NCBI GenBank assembly: GCA_012862495.1
Contig: BLSG01000410.1
Coordinates: forward strand, 429,654-475,753
Direction of reading: 5' to 3'
Origin: Thraustochytrium aureum
Lineage: Eukaryota
DNA: 46,100 bases
Below, piece by piece: positions 22,801 through 34,635 of the stretch (position 1 is the first letter of the stretch; every line of letters begins with the position of its first letter). A program made the position numbers and the translations under genes. Below the pieces are notes generated by a model. The model made no database searches. It worked only from the letters and a program-made list of their open reading frames with translations, and was not told the DNA's origin.

Positions 22801-25800
22801 CATCCAACAGATCGTGCAGCTCCTCGAGAGCTGCAAGCCAAAGGCTTTCGCCAACAGGCAAGAGAAACTGGTCGACCTCGCGCGCCGCCTCGAGGTTGCA
22901 CTATATCGTCAGTCAAAGACGATTGAAGAGTACATGGACAAGTCAACGCTGCGCCACCGCGTGCGCGAGCTTGCAAAAGCGTCGACCGCCCAGCAGCAGC
23001 AGCAGCAACAGCAGTTTCGCAAACAGGATATTGTCGGGGCGGCCAACCCCCAGCACCCGCACTCCGGCGCCTCCTCGGCGACCCAGGCGGCCGCGGTCCA
23101 CGCCGGCGCCTCTGCCGCCCGAAACGAAACCGCGGCAGCGCGCGGACATGCCGCGCCCAAAGCAGCCCCTGGCGCCGTTGCCACAGCCCCGGGAAAGCCG
23201 CTGACGGAAGCAGAGCAAAAGCAGCAGATCCTCAAGCAGCGCCAGCAGCGGCTGCTGCTCCTCAAGCACGCCAGCCGCTGCAAGTCCGAGGAAGGAAAGT
23301 GCACGGTGACACCGCACTGCGGCCCAATGAAGCTGCTCTGGAAGCACATCCCGTCCTGCAAGGACGCGCGCTGCGCGGTGCCCCACTGTGTCTCGTCCAG
23401 GTACGTGCTCTCCCACTACCACAAGTGCAAAAACAGCGAGTGCGCCGTCTGCAAGCCCGTGCGCCTGCTCTCCCGGACGCAGAGCTCGACTGCGCGCGCG
23501 TACGATGGCAGAGTCCCCAGCGGCCCTTGGGCGCACAATCGGCACGTCGTGGCGCACCAGCAGCTCGCAAGCATGCGCCAGGAAATCAACCCCACGTCGG
23601 CGCGGGAGGTGCGTGTCCGGAACCGGCCCCTCGCTTCCCATGAGCATGGACCGTGTCCGCGTGGAGCAGCACATCCGGTCCCTCCGCGTGGAGCGCCTGC
23701 AAATGGCGGTCGCAGCGCTGCTGCGCAAATTGATCGAGCACAAGCTCAACAAGGGCAACAGCAAAGGCGCCAACGATGGCATTTTCAACCAACCCGTGGA
23801 CCCCGTGGCCCTCAAGATCCCCGACTACCCCAACATCATCAAGAACCCGATGGACCTCGGGACGATCCGAAAGCGCCTCGACGAGAGCTACTACAAGTCC
23901 CTCGAGCACTTTCAGGAGGACGTTTTCCTGGTATTCACCAACGCGATGCGGTTCAACCCCGTCGAGAACGAGATCCACCAGCGCGCGCAAACCCTGCTCA
24001 AGCTCGCCGAGTCAGAGCTCCCCAAAATCAAAGATCGCCTCGACCGCGACGGGCGCAAGCGCGGCGAAAAGTGCCCGCTGTGCTTCCAGCAGCAGTGCGA
24101 GACTTGCCCGCTTTGCGAGCGCGGCTGCATTCCTTTCGAGCCCAAGGTGCTCTTTTGCTCGGGATCGTGCACGCTCCGCATCGCCCGCAACGCAGTCTAC
24201 TACACTGGCGTTGGCAATAACCACTGCTGGTGCAGCGATTGCTACGACAAGTCCAAAGGCAGCTCGATCACGGTCAACAACCAATCGTTCCGCAAGTCTG
24301 ACCTCGTCAAGAAGAAGAACAACGAGCTCTATGGCGAGCCCTGGGTCTCGTGTGACATTTGCGAGCGCTGGATGCATCAGGTCTGCGCTCTCTTCAACTC
24401 GCGCAAGAACATGCCGCACTCTACGCAAAAGTACACCTGCCCCCTGTGTCTGATCCAAGAGTCGCGGCTGGGAGAGGAGGAGCGCGCGCGCGACAAGGCC
24501 GAAAACGGCCAAGCCGCCGCCGCCGCCCAATCGAAAACCGAGACGGCTACCGAGGCCAAGCCGGAAGCACCCCCCGCCGCCAATAAACCAGGAGCTGTCA
24601 AGCCAGAGGAGGCCCTCGCCGCCAAGGCCAAGGCCGGCCAGCCGGACGCCGTAAAAGAGGATGCCAGTACGAAGGGAAAGTACAAGCACACGGTTCTTCC
24701 AGCCGGCAATCCCGTCCCTGGCGCAAGGGACCTCGAGCAGTCGCGGCTCAGCGTGTTCCTGGAGATGTGGCTCCGTGACAGGATCAGGAAATTCCAAGCC
24801 CGCGAGGCCAGCGCGCCAGCCAAGGTCCCTGACGACCCCGGCCCTGACGCAGACAAGCTGCACGTTCGCATCATGTCCAACTTTGACGAGCAGTGCAAGG
24901 TCAAGCCCTTCGTCAAGACCCTGCTGCCCAACTACCCAGAGCTCTTCACCTTCCGGTCGCGCTGCATCCTGCTGTTCCAAGAGCTGGACGGCGTCGACGT
25001 GCTGTTCTTCGCCATGTTTGTGCAAGAGTACGGCTCCGACTGCCCGGAGCCCAACCGCCGAAAGGTCTACATCGCATACCTGGACTCTGTCTACTATTTT
25101 CGCCCTCGCCGGATGCGCACCATGGTGTACCACGAGCTCTTGCTCGCCTACCTCGAGTACGCGCGCCGACTGGGCTTCACCTCGGCCTACATCTGGGCCT
25201 GCCCGCCGCCCAACAAGCGCGACGACTACATCATCCACTGCCACCCTGAAGACCAACGCGTGCAAACGGCCGAGCGCCTCCGCAAATGGTACCACGAGAT
25301 GATCATCCGCGGCTCGGCAGAGCGCATCTGCCTCGGGTCCTGCGCCCTCTTCGAGGAGCACTTTGAGAGCATTGCGCGGCCGCAGCCCAAGAAGAAAGGG
25401 AAGAAGAGGTCGGGAAAGGCCAAGACCAAAAAGACGTCGCAGAAAAAGGGCAAGAAGGGAAAGAAGGGCAACAACGGCCGAAAGGGCAACGCTGCAGCGG
25501 CCGCGACTGCCTCGAGCATGTCGACGCGAAGCGGACCGACAGCGGCAGCTCGCAGTGCCGCCGCTCTCGTGGCCGCCGCCGCGGGGCTCGCAAACGGTGA
25601 CGCCGAGCCGGAAAACACTGTCTGCGCTGCAGACGGCGACGCCTCGATGGCTTCGCCGCCGCCCGCCTCCGGTCTTGCGACCGCCACGCCTGGCGCGGAC
25701 GAGGAAAACGACGACCTCCTCAACGACCTCCCTGACGTGGGTGGCGACGACGACGTTGGCGATGAGGAGGATGACGAGCCCGGCGCTGAGGGCGCAGCGG

Positions 25801-28168
25801 CCGGCGCCGAGGGCGCAGCCGCGCCCGGGGGTGACACCAAACCATCCTCTGTTCCTGACGCCCGGGAACGGCCTGATGGCGGGCGACGAGCGCATGCTCC
25901 CCGCCGACCTGGATCGGCGCAAGGTGACAAAGCTGGCCCTCAACGGGAACTTGCCCTACTTTGAAGGCGACTATTGGCCGCAAGAGGCGGAAGAGCTCGC
26001 CAAGGAGCGCCAGCTGAAGAAGCAGAAAGAGGCCGCCAAGGACGACGAGGGGCGCTCCAAGCGCAAGCGGCGCCGGAACGGCGACCCGTCGGACGACCCC
26101 AGCGCGGGCGCCGCGAACGAAGAGGGCGCCGAGCCTGCTGACGCGGGCGCCGACAAGGAGTCCGGCTCCGGTTCTGGCCTCGACATGACCGAGGACGAGG
26201 TGCAGGAAGCCCGCAAGCAGCTGATCCAGCGCCTCTCTGAGCAGCTCGACGCCATGAAGGACGACTTCCTTGTTGTCAAGCTAGCGCACGAGTGCTCGCG
26301 CTGTGGGCGGTACCTCCTGCGGGGCCGCTGGGAGTGCCGCCACGCGGACTGCCAAGCCAACGCCGGCCTCAACAAGCCCTGCCCGTTCGCGCTCTGCAAT
26401 TCGTGCTACCGCCTGGAGACCGCGCGCCCGCTCGAGCAGCAGCACGGCGGCGGATGTNNNNNNNNNNNNNNNNNNNNNNNNNNNNNNNNNNNNNNNNNNN
26501 NNNNNNNNNNNNNNNNNNNNNNNNNNNNNNNNNNNNNNNNNNNNNNNNNNNNNNNNNNNNNNNNNNNNNNNNNNNNNNNNNNNNNNNNNNNNNNNNNNNN
26601 NNNNNNNNNNNNNNNNNNNNNNNNNNNNNNNNNNNNNNNNNNNNNNNNNNNNNNNNNNNNNNNNNNNNNNNNNNNNNNNNNNNNNNNNNNNNNNNNNNNN
26701 NNNNNCCCGAGCAGTCCGATAAGGCCGCACCGCCGCCGAATCGTCTGTCGCCTCGAAGGATGGCGAACCAGCCGCGCCTGCCACGACTGACGCAGAAGCA
26801 AAGACCTCCGACGCGGCGGGCAAATCGGCCGATGCCAAGGCCGTTGAAGAAAAGCCTCCTAGCGACGGCGTGGCCGGCGAGGCTGCGCCGAAAGGCGAAG
26901 CAAAGGCTGCGGACCAGGCCTCGACCGGGCCGGCAAAGCCCCTCAACGACGAGGAGAAGAAGAAGGCGGAGGCAGCCAAGAAGAAGGAGAAGGAGGTGGA
27001 GGAAGCTACGCGCAAGAAGAACCTGGAAGAGTGGCACAAGCAGGAGATCGTCTGCTCGCGAAAATCCAACCAAGCTGAACCCAACCACCACCTCTGGTAT
27101 GTGGACGAGTCGCTGCCCGTGGAGACGCCAGACCACGACCGCATCCTCAAGAACCACCTCCTGGAGACGAGGCACGCCTTCCTCTCGCTCTGCACAGGCA
27201 ACCGGTACCAGTTCGACCAACTGCGTCGGGCCAAGCACTCGACCATGATGGTCCTCTACCACCTCCACAACCCGGAGGCCCCGGCCCATCTGTACACGTG
27301 CTCAGAGTGCCAGAACGACATTTTGGAGGGCAAGCGGTACCATTGCGACGTGTGCAACGGCGGCGACTATGACATCTGCGCGAGCTGCCGGCACCGCAAC
27401 CCGCCGCATGCGCATGTCCTTACGCCTTTTCAAGTGACGCGCGGCGTGAACGCCGAGACCTCGGAGGCGCAGCGCATGCAGCGTGTCACAGAAATGCGCC
27501 GCGCTCGCAAGCACTCGCTGGCCCTTTTCCTGCAGGCCCTGGTTCACTCGTCAACCTGCAACGATCCCGGGTGCCGCGAGGCGCCGTGCAAAAAGATGAA
27601 GGACCTTCTCAAGCATCGGATGACGTGCTTGGTGCGGGTGCGCGGAGGGTGCGAGATCTGTCGCCGCGTGCTGTGCCTCGTCCAGATGCACGCGCGCTCC
27701 TGCAAGATCAAGAATTGCCGCGTCCCGCACTGCGAGGACCTCAAGGTTCACCTTCAAACCCAGCAGGCCCAGCAGGTGCAGCAGATGGAGCTTCGCCGCG
27801 CCGAGCTCCAGAGCCAGCAGGCCAAGCTGCAACAGCGCCTGCGGCAGACTGCGCACACTGCTGGGCCCAATGCGTCCCAGAAGCGTCGCGCCGCCGCTCT
27901 TCCGGGACGGGCCCTGCTCGCGCGCGGGGCGGCGCCGAGGCGGCGCCGAGTCCCGGGCTTCCACTGCAGCCGGGCCAGCCGATGCAGGCCACCCCGTAGA
28001 AGGGAGCGGCGGGACACGGCTCAAGATCCGCCCGCGGTGGCCAACCCAAGTGGCCGGCGCGCCCGGGGCCCCGCCAGGTGCCGCGTCCCGAGGCGCGCGC
28101 GGTCGTTCGCGCAAGTAGAAACCCGACGTAGGCGGCTGGGGGGCGCTTTCGCTGCCTCGGCAACGTGA
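22801..28168 (+). CDS. CBP/p300-type (KAT3) histone acetyltransferase; 5' end in gap, internal gap, apparent +1 frameshifts near 23605, 25862 and possibly 27930
   Basis: N-terminal KIX-like helices (RRLEVALYR..EEYMDKSTL); TAZ1 (QQRLLLLKHASRC); bromodomain (FNQPVDP..PDY..IKNPMDLGTI..NAMRFN); PHD (EPWVSCDICERWMHQVCALFN); HAT (YIAYLDSVYYF, YIWACPP, LRKWY, LPYFEGDYW); QFDQLRRAKHSTMM; ZZ fingers; TAZ2. Confidence 0.94.
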
Positions 28169-28423
28169 GCAAGGTGGCATGGAGAACATACCAGAGCGAG
28201 CGGCTGGCAGCGCGCCTCGAGTTCATCCCCGATTATCTTTTCTGAGGGGTTGGGGCTTGCCGCCGCCGCTGACTGAACGAAAGAAAGAAATGACTGAGCG
28301 GGCCGATCGGCGGCCCGAGGAAGAATTATCACCACTAAAACTTGCTCTGCTTTTATGACCTCTAGAGCTAGCGATAGGCTGCGGCCGGGCGCCTGGAGCT
28401 AGCCGGCCACCTGCGCGTTGCCG

Positions 28424-29553
28424 TTAGAGCGCTGCAGGGGTCTTGGTCTTGTCGATCGCATTGCTAATGAACGGCTCAAACTCGGTTATGAGCGCCCGGA
28501 TGCGTTCGGTGATCTGCGAGAAAGGAGGGCGCATGTTCATATCTCCGTGCCAGCAGTCCTCCATGAGCTTGTTGAGCGACTCTGGGCAGTGCTTGAGGTG
28601 GCCCGGTCGCAGGCCCTTCTTGGCTACGAGGTACGGGAGCTCGACGCAGTCCTCGTTCTGGTACGGCTTTTCGAACGCGAACAGCTCCCAGAGCACCACG
28701 CCAAAAGAGTAGACGTCAACGGCCTCCGTGTATGGCTCGCCGCGAAAGATCTCGGGCGCGACCCAGCACGGCGTGCCGCACACCGTCATCACCGACTTGG
28801 TCTCGTACCCGCGAGACAGCCCAAAGTCGGTCAGCTTGCAGTTGAACTTGTCGTCGAGCAGCAGGTTTTCTGCCTGCCGTGCGTGGTCGCGGTTTGGGCG
28901 TCGGTTAGCTTCAAGTTTACGCGGCGGAGCAAGAGCCGAGTCGGGGCGGGCGGCAAGGGGCCAAGCGACCGGCAACGAAATCTTACCTTGAGGTCGCGGT
29001 GCAGAATCTTGGGTGTCAGGTTGTGCAGGTAGTCGCAAGCGCGGGCGCAGTCCAGCGCGATCTTGAGGCACATGCGCCAAGTCACGTTCACGCGGTGCTT
29101 GCGAACCATGTTGAGCAAGCTTCCCACGCTGCCCTCGCATAGCTCGAAAAGCAAGCAGTAGTTGGGGTCGGTCCGGCACGCGCCGAGAAACTGGATGATG
29201 CACTCGTGCTTGAGCAGCGAGAGGATCTTGATTTCTTTGGCAAAGTCTTCCATGATTTCGGCGCGCTCGTCTGGGACGACCGAAAGGAAGATCTTTTTAA
29301 CCGCGATGTGCCGGTCCTTGTAGTGGGCCTTGTACACCTTGCCGTACGTGCCCTGGCCGATCGTCTCGTGGATCTCGATCTCCTCATAGTTGACGTCCAG
29401 GCCGAAAAACATGCCAGCGTCGATCGACTTGGACGGGCTCTTGTGGATCCCTTCCGCCTGGTTAAAGTAGATCAGCGTGCCGGTCGGCTTGGACGCGAGC
29501 CCATTCGTCTCGGGGTCTAGCGTCTCCGCTGCTTTGGAAGTCCCACCGCCCAT
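28424..29553 (-). CDS. TKL/Raf-like Ser/Thr kinase with N-myristoylation-type start (MGGGTS); intron 28874-28986
   Basis: IGQGTYGKVY, IAVKK, HRDLK|AENLL across a GTAAGA..GCTAAC..CAG intron, DFGLSR, CGTPCWVAPE, DVYSFGVVLWE, CWHGDMNMRPPF. Confidence 0.92.
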
Positions 29554-30223
29554 CCTATCGAACCGGCCTACCTTGCCTGTCCCCCGCCTGGGCCAACTCC
29601 CTTGCTCTGCACAGCCTTTGCTGCCTGGCCTGTCTTCCTGCAAGCCCGCCGTGCCCTGCTGCTGCTTCTGCTGCTTCTGCAGCGGCGGCGCTTGGTCGCC
29701 CGAGCCGACAACGCGCGCGCGCGTCCAACCTCCAGCGGCAGCAGCACTAGCACGGACCCGAACTGGCGGCAGCGCGCGCAAAGTACAGTGTCTGTCTAGC
29801 CGCCACGCATCTGCTTTGGCACATTTGCGTCAGTAGTTGATGCGCCCTGCTCCGGGCCGCTCGCAAGGCCGAGTGAGTTGGTGGCCTCCGCGGCGACCAG
29901 AAAACGGCTCAATCAGGCGTGAAACTCTGTCCTGATTTCTCGCGCCGCCGAAGCCAAAGCTCCTCTTGGGCACCTCAAGAGGAAAGGTGAACTTTAGGTT
30001 CGTGCAGAATCTGTCCAAGGCGCCGCGCGGCGGCAGGCGAATGCAACGTTTCCCGCCTCCAGCAGCTCGCGGCGCATGTGGCCAGCTCAAATAAAAACTT
30101 GACCACGCACGCCGCCCTCACGAGGGTCCCCCACCGCCGCGGCGCGGCGCACTCGCGCCACACATTGCCAGCATCCGCGGGATCCGTTTCCCCAAGGTGC
30201 ATGCATCCCTTGATCGATCGAGC

Positions 30224-30262
30224 GGAAGGATGGAAGGATGGAAGGATGGAAGGATGGAAGGA
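30224..30262. repeat. (GGAAGGAT)n microsatellite
   Basis: About 4.5 copies, direct reading. Confidence 0.85.
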
Positions 30263-30825
30263 AGCGCGAGTCGGCCGCGTGGAACATGCGCATCGACCAC
30301 AATTCGTGCGTTCATTCAGCCCATCCGCAGAGAATTACGCGAGAGCAAAGACACGAGAGAGTCCGACAGCGGCCCCGAAAAATCACGCCGCCGCCCAAAC
30401 GACGAGCTCGCCACGCTCTTGCGCTGCAGGACACGTCCCGGAAGGCCAGCGCCGACGTTCAACACATCTCGCGGGAAACGGCTCTAACGGACCCCGCCCG
30501 AGCAACCTAACCCACCAACCAACTCCACCAAGCCGTGGTGAAACGGTCCTTTTTCACGGCGAGCAGACCCGGCGCGAACGTGACGTGGATCGCACGGGCG
30601 CGGCCTGCGCTGTTGCGGCGCTTGCGATCGCTGCATTGCGCCGCGTCCACTTGCTCGATTCACCTGTTTGTGTTTCCCGTTTGCTTTGGGCTTGGCGTTC
30701 TTCTCACTCTGGCGCTGCAGGCGGTGTGGTCGACGACGACTTGGGCCGCGCGTACCACTCGCTCGACGTCGCGATCTATATCACGTCGAGCTTGAGCTTG
30801 ACGCCGCCGTACAGGACAGTGCGCG

Positions 30826-33178
30826 ATGGCTGACCCGTATGATTTTGATATTGACCTCTCCGTGAGCGCGTCGCGCAGTGGGGCGACGAAAACGGGCAAA
30901 GCGGGCCACCCGCAAAGGCTGAAGGTGGGCGGCGCGGCCGCCGCACGAACGAAGCAGGTCGGCAATGGATCGGGCTCGCAAGCCATGTCGGCCATGGAAC
31001 GCGCCGGATACTACCTGCAAAAATACAGCGGGAAAGGTGCCGCGCAGAGCGGGTCGCGGGGCGGCGGCGGAGGCACCGCCAAGCCAAACCCCAGCTCGGC
31101 GTACGGACAAGAGCATAGTCTGCAGCTCAGTGAGAGCGACTCCGACAGCGACGCCTCGCTTGACCCAGACTATGTGCCGAATGTGCAGCGCAAGGCCCGA
31201 GGGCTCACTCGCAGCGCGAACACATCCAACCTCAGGCTAGACGTGGACATCTCCGGGACGGCCTTCAGCTCTGACGAAGAGTCCGCAGAGGGATCCCAGC
31301 TAATGAGCGAGACGAAGGAGACCGAGTTTGGCGACAGCGGCTCGCAGAGCGGCGGCGGCGGCGGCGGCGGCGTGGACGCAGCACGCAGCATCACAGAGCT
31401 GTCGGGCGCTCCAAGTCTCGCCCAACCCTCGATGCGGGACAGCGACAGCGACTCGCTCCTCTCGCCGCCAGCGCGCCACCAAAGCCCGATGCAGCCCAGA
31501 AGCCCAGCACCTAGCTCCCCAGCGTCGCCGACCTTGCGGAGACGTATGCAGTTCTATTCGCCCTCTGATGCGGGGGCCCAAAGGCCTCGGGTCTCCGAGC
31601 ACCGGTGTGACCGAGCGCGGGGACGCGAGCCTCGACGACACCGCAGACTATGAGCGCGCGATGGAACAGATCCGGAAAGAAGAGGAGGCGCGCCGCCTTG
31701 AGGCCCTTGCCATGCTGCAGCACGCCGAAACCGATGCTGCAACGCCGCCGCCGCCGCCAGAGAGCGCCCAGCCAAAACCTGCCCTGCGCGTAGAGATTAC
31801 AAACTCCAACTATGCAGCAAGAACCCGGCAAGCGGACGATGCGCGTGTCGAAACAGTCAGCATAAAGAGCGAGCCTCTGTCGGTCGGCGAGGTCAAGACT
31901 GGCGCAACGGTCCGGTCCACGATGGACAGCAACTATGCCGAGTCGGCTGTGACCTTTGAGCCGTACAGCGCCGTCTCTGCGCTCACGTCGCGCTCGATTC
32001 GCTCGGCAGTCTCGGGCAAGTCTGGGCGCTCCTTACGCTCTATTAAGTCTGTCAAGTCCGTCAAGTCGGGCCGATCGCGCACGAGCGCCGCCAGGAGCCA
32101 CGTCGCCTCATTGCATGACGACTACAGCTTGGATGACTTTGAGTCTGAAGCAGAGCTGCTGTCCCCTCGCTCCCAGCGGTCGTACAGGTCGAACAGGTCT
32201 GGGCGTTCTGGGCTCTCCCAAAACCATCAGCGCACCACACGCACGTCGCCACCGCGTTCGCCGCGCTCGCCTCTTTCGCCGCGAAGCCCGCTGTCGCCTC
32301 GGATTGAGCAGATGCGGCTCGGCAATCGTCCAACAAGCAAACTTGCGATGTCGTCGAGAGTTGGGGGCCGTGTTCGTTCCATGACGGATGCGCCACAGCG
32401 GCCGCGGATGGTTGACTCGGCGACGCAGCATGTGGACCATGCCGACGTCCAGGTCCAGGCCAACCTAGTTGTGTCGGCAACTGGTCTGGTTTATGAGCTC
32501 CCAGAAGTACCCGTCGGTTCAGTGGAGCCAACCTTGTTGGGGCCGTCTCCATTTCTCCCGCACAGTGCGAGGCCGTTGCACCAACAGTCAAGCAATCTGC
32601 AAGGCCAGGGGCACTGGCCAAGCCATGCCCCGCCGCAAACGGCCTGGGGCGGGCCTATGCCAATGCACGCGGCCCCGTTCGGATCGCCGTATTTTCCTTT
32701 TGCATTCCCGTTCGGCGGCTTGCTCGATCCAACGTTTGCTTCGACATACGCGCAAGCTCGTAATGGCGGCACCGGCTTTGGCGAGGGCCATGTGCCGCCG
32801 CCGATGCCGCAGCATAGTCATCATCAGCAGCAGCAGCAGCAGCCTCAGCAGCAGCAGCAGCAGCAGCAGCAGCCTCAGCAGCAGCAACCACAGAATAGTT
32901 GGGCGGCACCACCGCCCACAAGACCCCTTTCCGGGCTTACAGCTTCGCTTCTCGCGACGAACAACATGTTCAAACGCAACCTGGAGATGATCCGCTCGCA
33001 CCTGGCGGACTGCAGGCTTGAGACCGACCGCGTGATGGTGGAGGTAAACGCAGGGCGCGGCTCGGATGGGTCAAACTACTACTCCTCGTTCGAGGCCACA
33101 AAGGCATACATTGACGCAAATCGGCCGAAAGTCCGCACCAAGGAGCAAGCGCTCAAGGAAAACGCGGGGCAGATTTGA
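30826..33178 (+). CDS. Ser/Pro/Gln-rich protein with C-terminal DUF4614/C19orf44-like domain; +1 frameshift near 31572
   Basis: Two overlapping ORFs join with a one-base shift. The C-terminus LLATNNMFKRNLEMIR..YSSFEATKAYIDANRPKVRTKEQAL recalls the C19orf44 C-terminal motif. Poly-Q (CAG)n at 32825-32888. Confidence 0.65.
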
Positions 33179-33194
33179 AGACTTGTTTTGTGTT

Positions 33195-33460
33195 CTACTT
33201 ACTCTTCTCTACTACTTCGTCCTTCAGGAACGCCGCAGTCGCGTGCCGGTGCTCTTGGACAGGCATCTTTCGCCGCACCTCTTTGACAAAGTCGAGATCG
33301 ATTGCAAAGGTCTCCACGGCCTCCAAGTCCGTTCCCAGATCGCACAAGACCTTGCCGAACGGGTCGACAGCCAGCGAGTGTCCATACGAGGCGCGCAGCC
33401 GGCCCTCAGCCTCGGCGTTGTGCGTGCCGGCCTGCGCCGCCGCGATCATGTAGCATTGCG
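33195..33460 (-). CDS. NIT1: NIT1-type carbon-nitrogen hydrolase (deaminated glutathione amidase), 3' fragment; remainder in gap
   Basis: QCYMIAAAQAGTHN..RASYGHSLAVDPFGKVL..IDLDFVKEVRRKMPVQEHR matches the Nit1 C-terminus. Confidence 0.82.
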
Positions 33461-34635
33461 NNNNNNNNNNNNNNNNNNNNNNNNNNNNNNNNNNNNNNNN
33501 NNNNNNNNNNNNNNNNNNNNNNNNNNNNNNNNNNNNNNNNNNNNNNNNNNNNNNNNNNNNNNNNNNNNNNNNNNNNNNNNNNNNNNNNNNNNNNNNNNNN
33601 NNNNNNNNNNNNNNNNNNNNNNNNNNNNNNNNNNNNNNNNNNNNNNNNNNNNNNNNNNNNNNNNNNNNNNNNNNNNNNNNNNNNNNNNNNNNNNNNNNNN
33701 NNNNNNNNNNNNNNNNNNNNNNNNNNNNNNNNNNNNNNNNNNNNNNNNNNNNNNNNNNNNNNNNNNNNNNNNNNNNNNNNNNNNNNNNNNNNNNNNNNNN
33801 NNNNNNNNNNNNNNNNNNNNNNNNNNNNNNNNNNNNNNNNNNNNNNNNNNNNNNNNNNNNNNNNNNNNNNNNNNNNNNNNNNNNNNNNNNNNNNNNNNNN
33901 NNNNNNNNNNNNNNNNNNNNNNNNNNNNNNNNNNNNNNNNNNNNNNNNNNNNNNNNNNNNNNNNNNNNNNNNNNNNNNNNNNNNNNNNNNNNNNNNNNNN
34001 NNNNNNNNNNNNNNNNNNNNNNNNNNNNNNNNNNNNNNNNNNNNNNNNNNNNNNNNNNNNNNNNNNNNNNNNNNNNNNNNNNNNNNNNNNNNNNNNNNNN
34101 NNNNNNNNNNNNNNNNNNNNNNNNNNNNNNNNNNNNNNNNNNNNNNNNNNNNNNNNNNNNNNNNNNNNNNNNNNNNNNNNNNNNNNNNNNNNNNNNNNNN
34201 NNNNNNNNNNNNNNNNNNNNNNNNNNNNNNNNNNNNNNNCAACGGCGAGCGGGTTGGGGAGCGAGGCGGCAGCGGCGACCGCACTGGAAGACCGAGGGCG
34301 CGCAGCGGCGGCTTTGATTGCACCGGCGGATAGGTACCTTGCGGGCAGGGGCAGCGGATCCTGCGGGCGCTGGGGCAGTTGCAACGGCAGATCCTAAACC
34401 ACCTGGTACCAGCAGCAGACCTTGAGCGCGCAAGGCACAGCTGCGGCGTGCAGCCCACTGCTGATCCTTTCGAAACGAAACGCTCAGCAGCACCAGCGCC
34501 AAGTTTGGATCCCAAGCGCGCGTCACTCTCTCGAAGAGCCCTGGAGAGAGAGCTTGCTCTAGCTAGCTCTACGAGAGAGCTGGTGCGCGCAGGAGCGTTG
34601 AGGGCGTTGGATGGTAGGCGAGCGCGCGACGGGCG

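Noticed and set aside
23609..23669. Intron explaining the first CBP frame change
   Set aside because: No branch-point motif, and splicing would remove the plausible coding segment GPSLPMSMDRVRVEQ. A one-base overcall in a G run is simpler.
33461..34239. ORFs spanning N gaps (here and at other gaps)
   Set aside because: Their length is an artefact of unknown bases; only the flanking sequence was interpreted.
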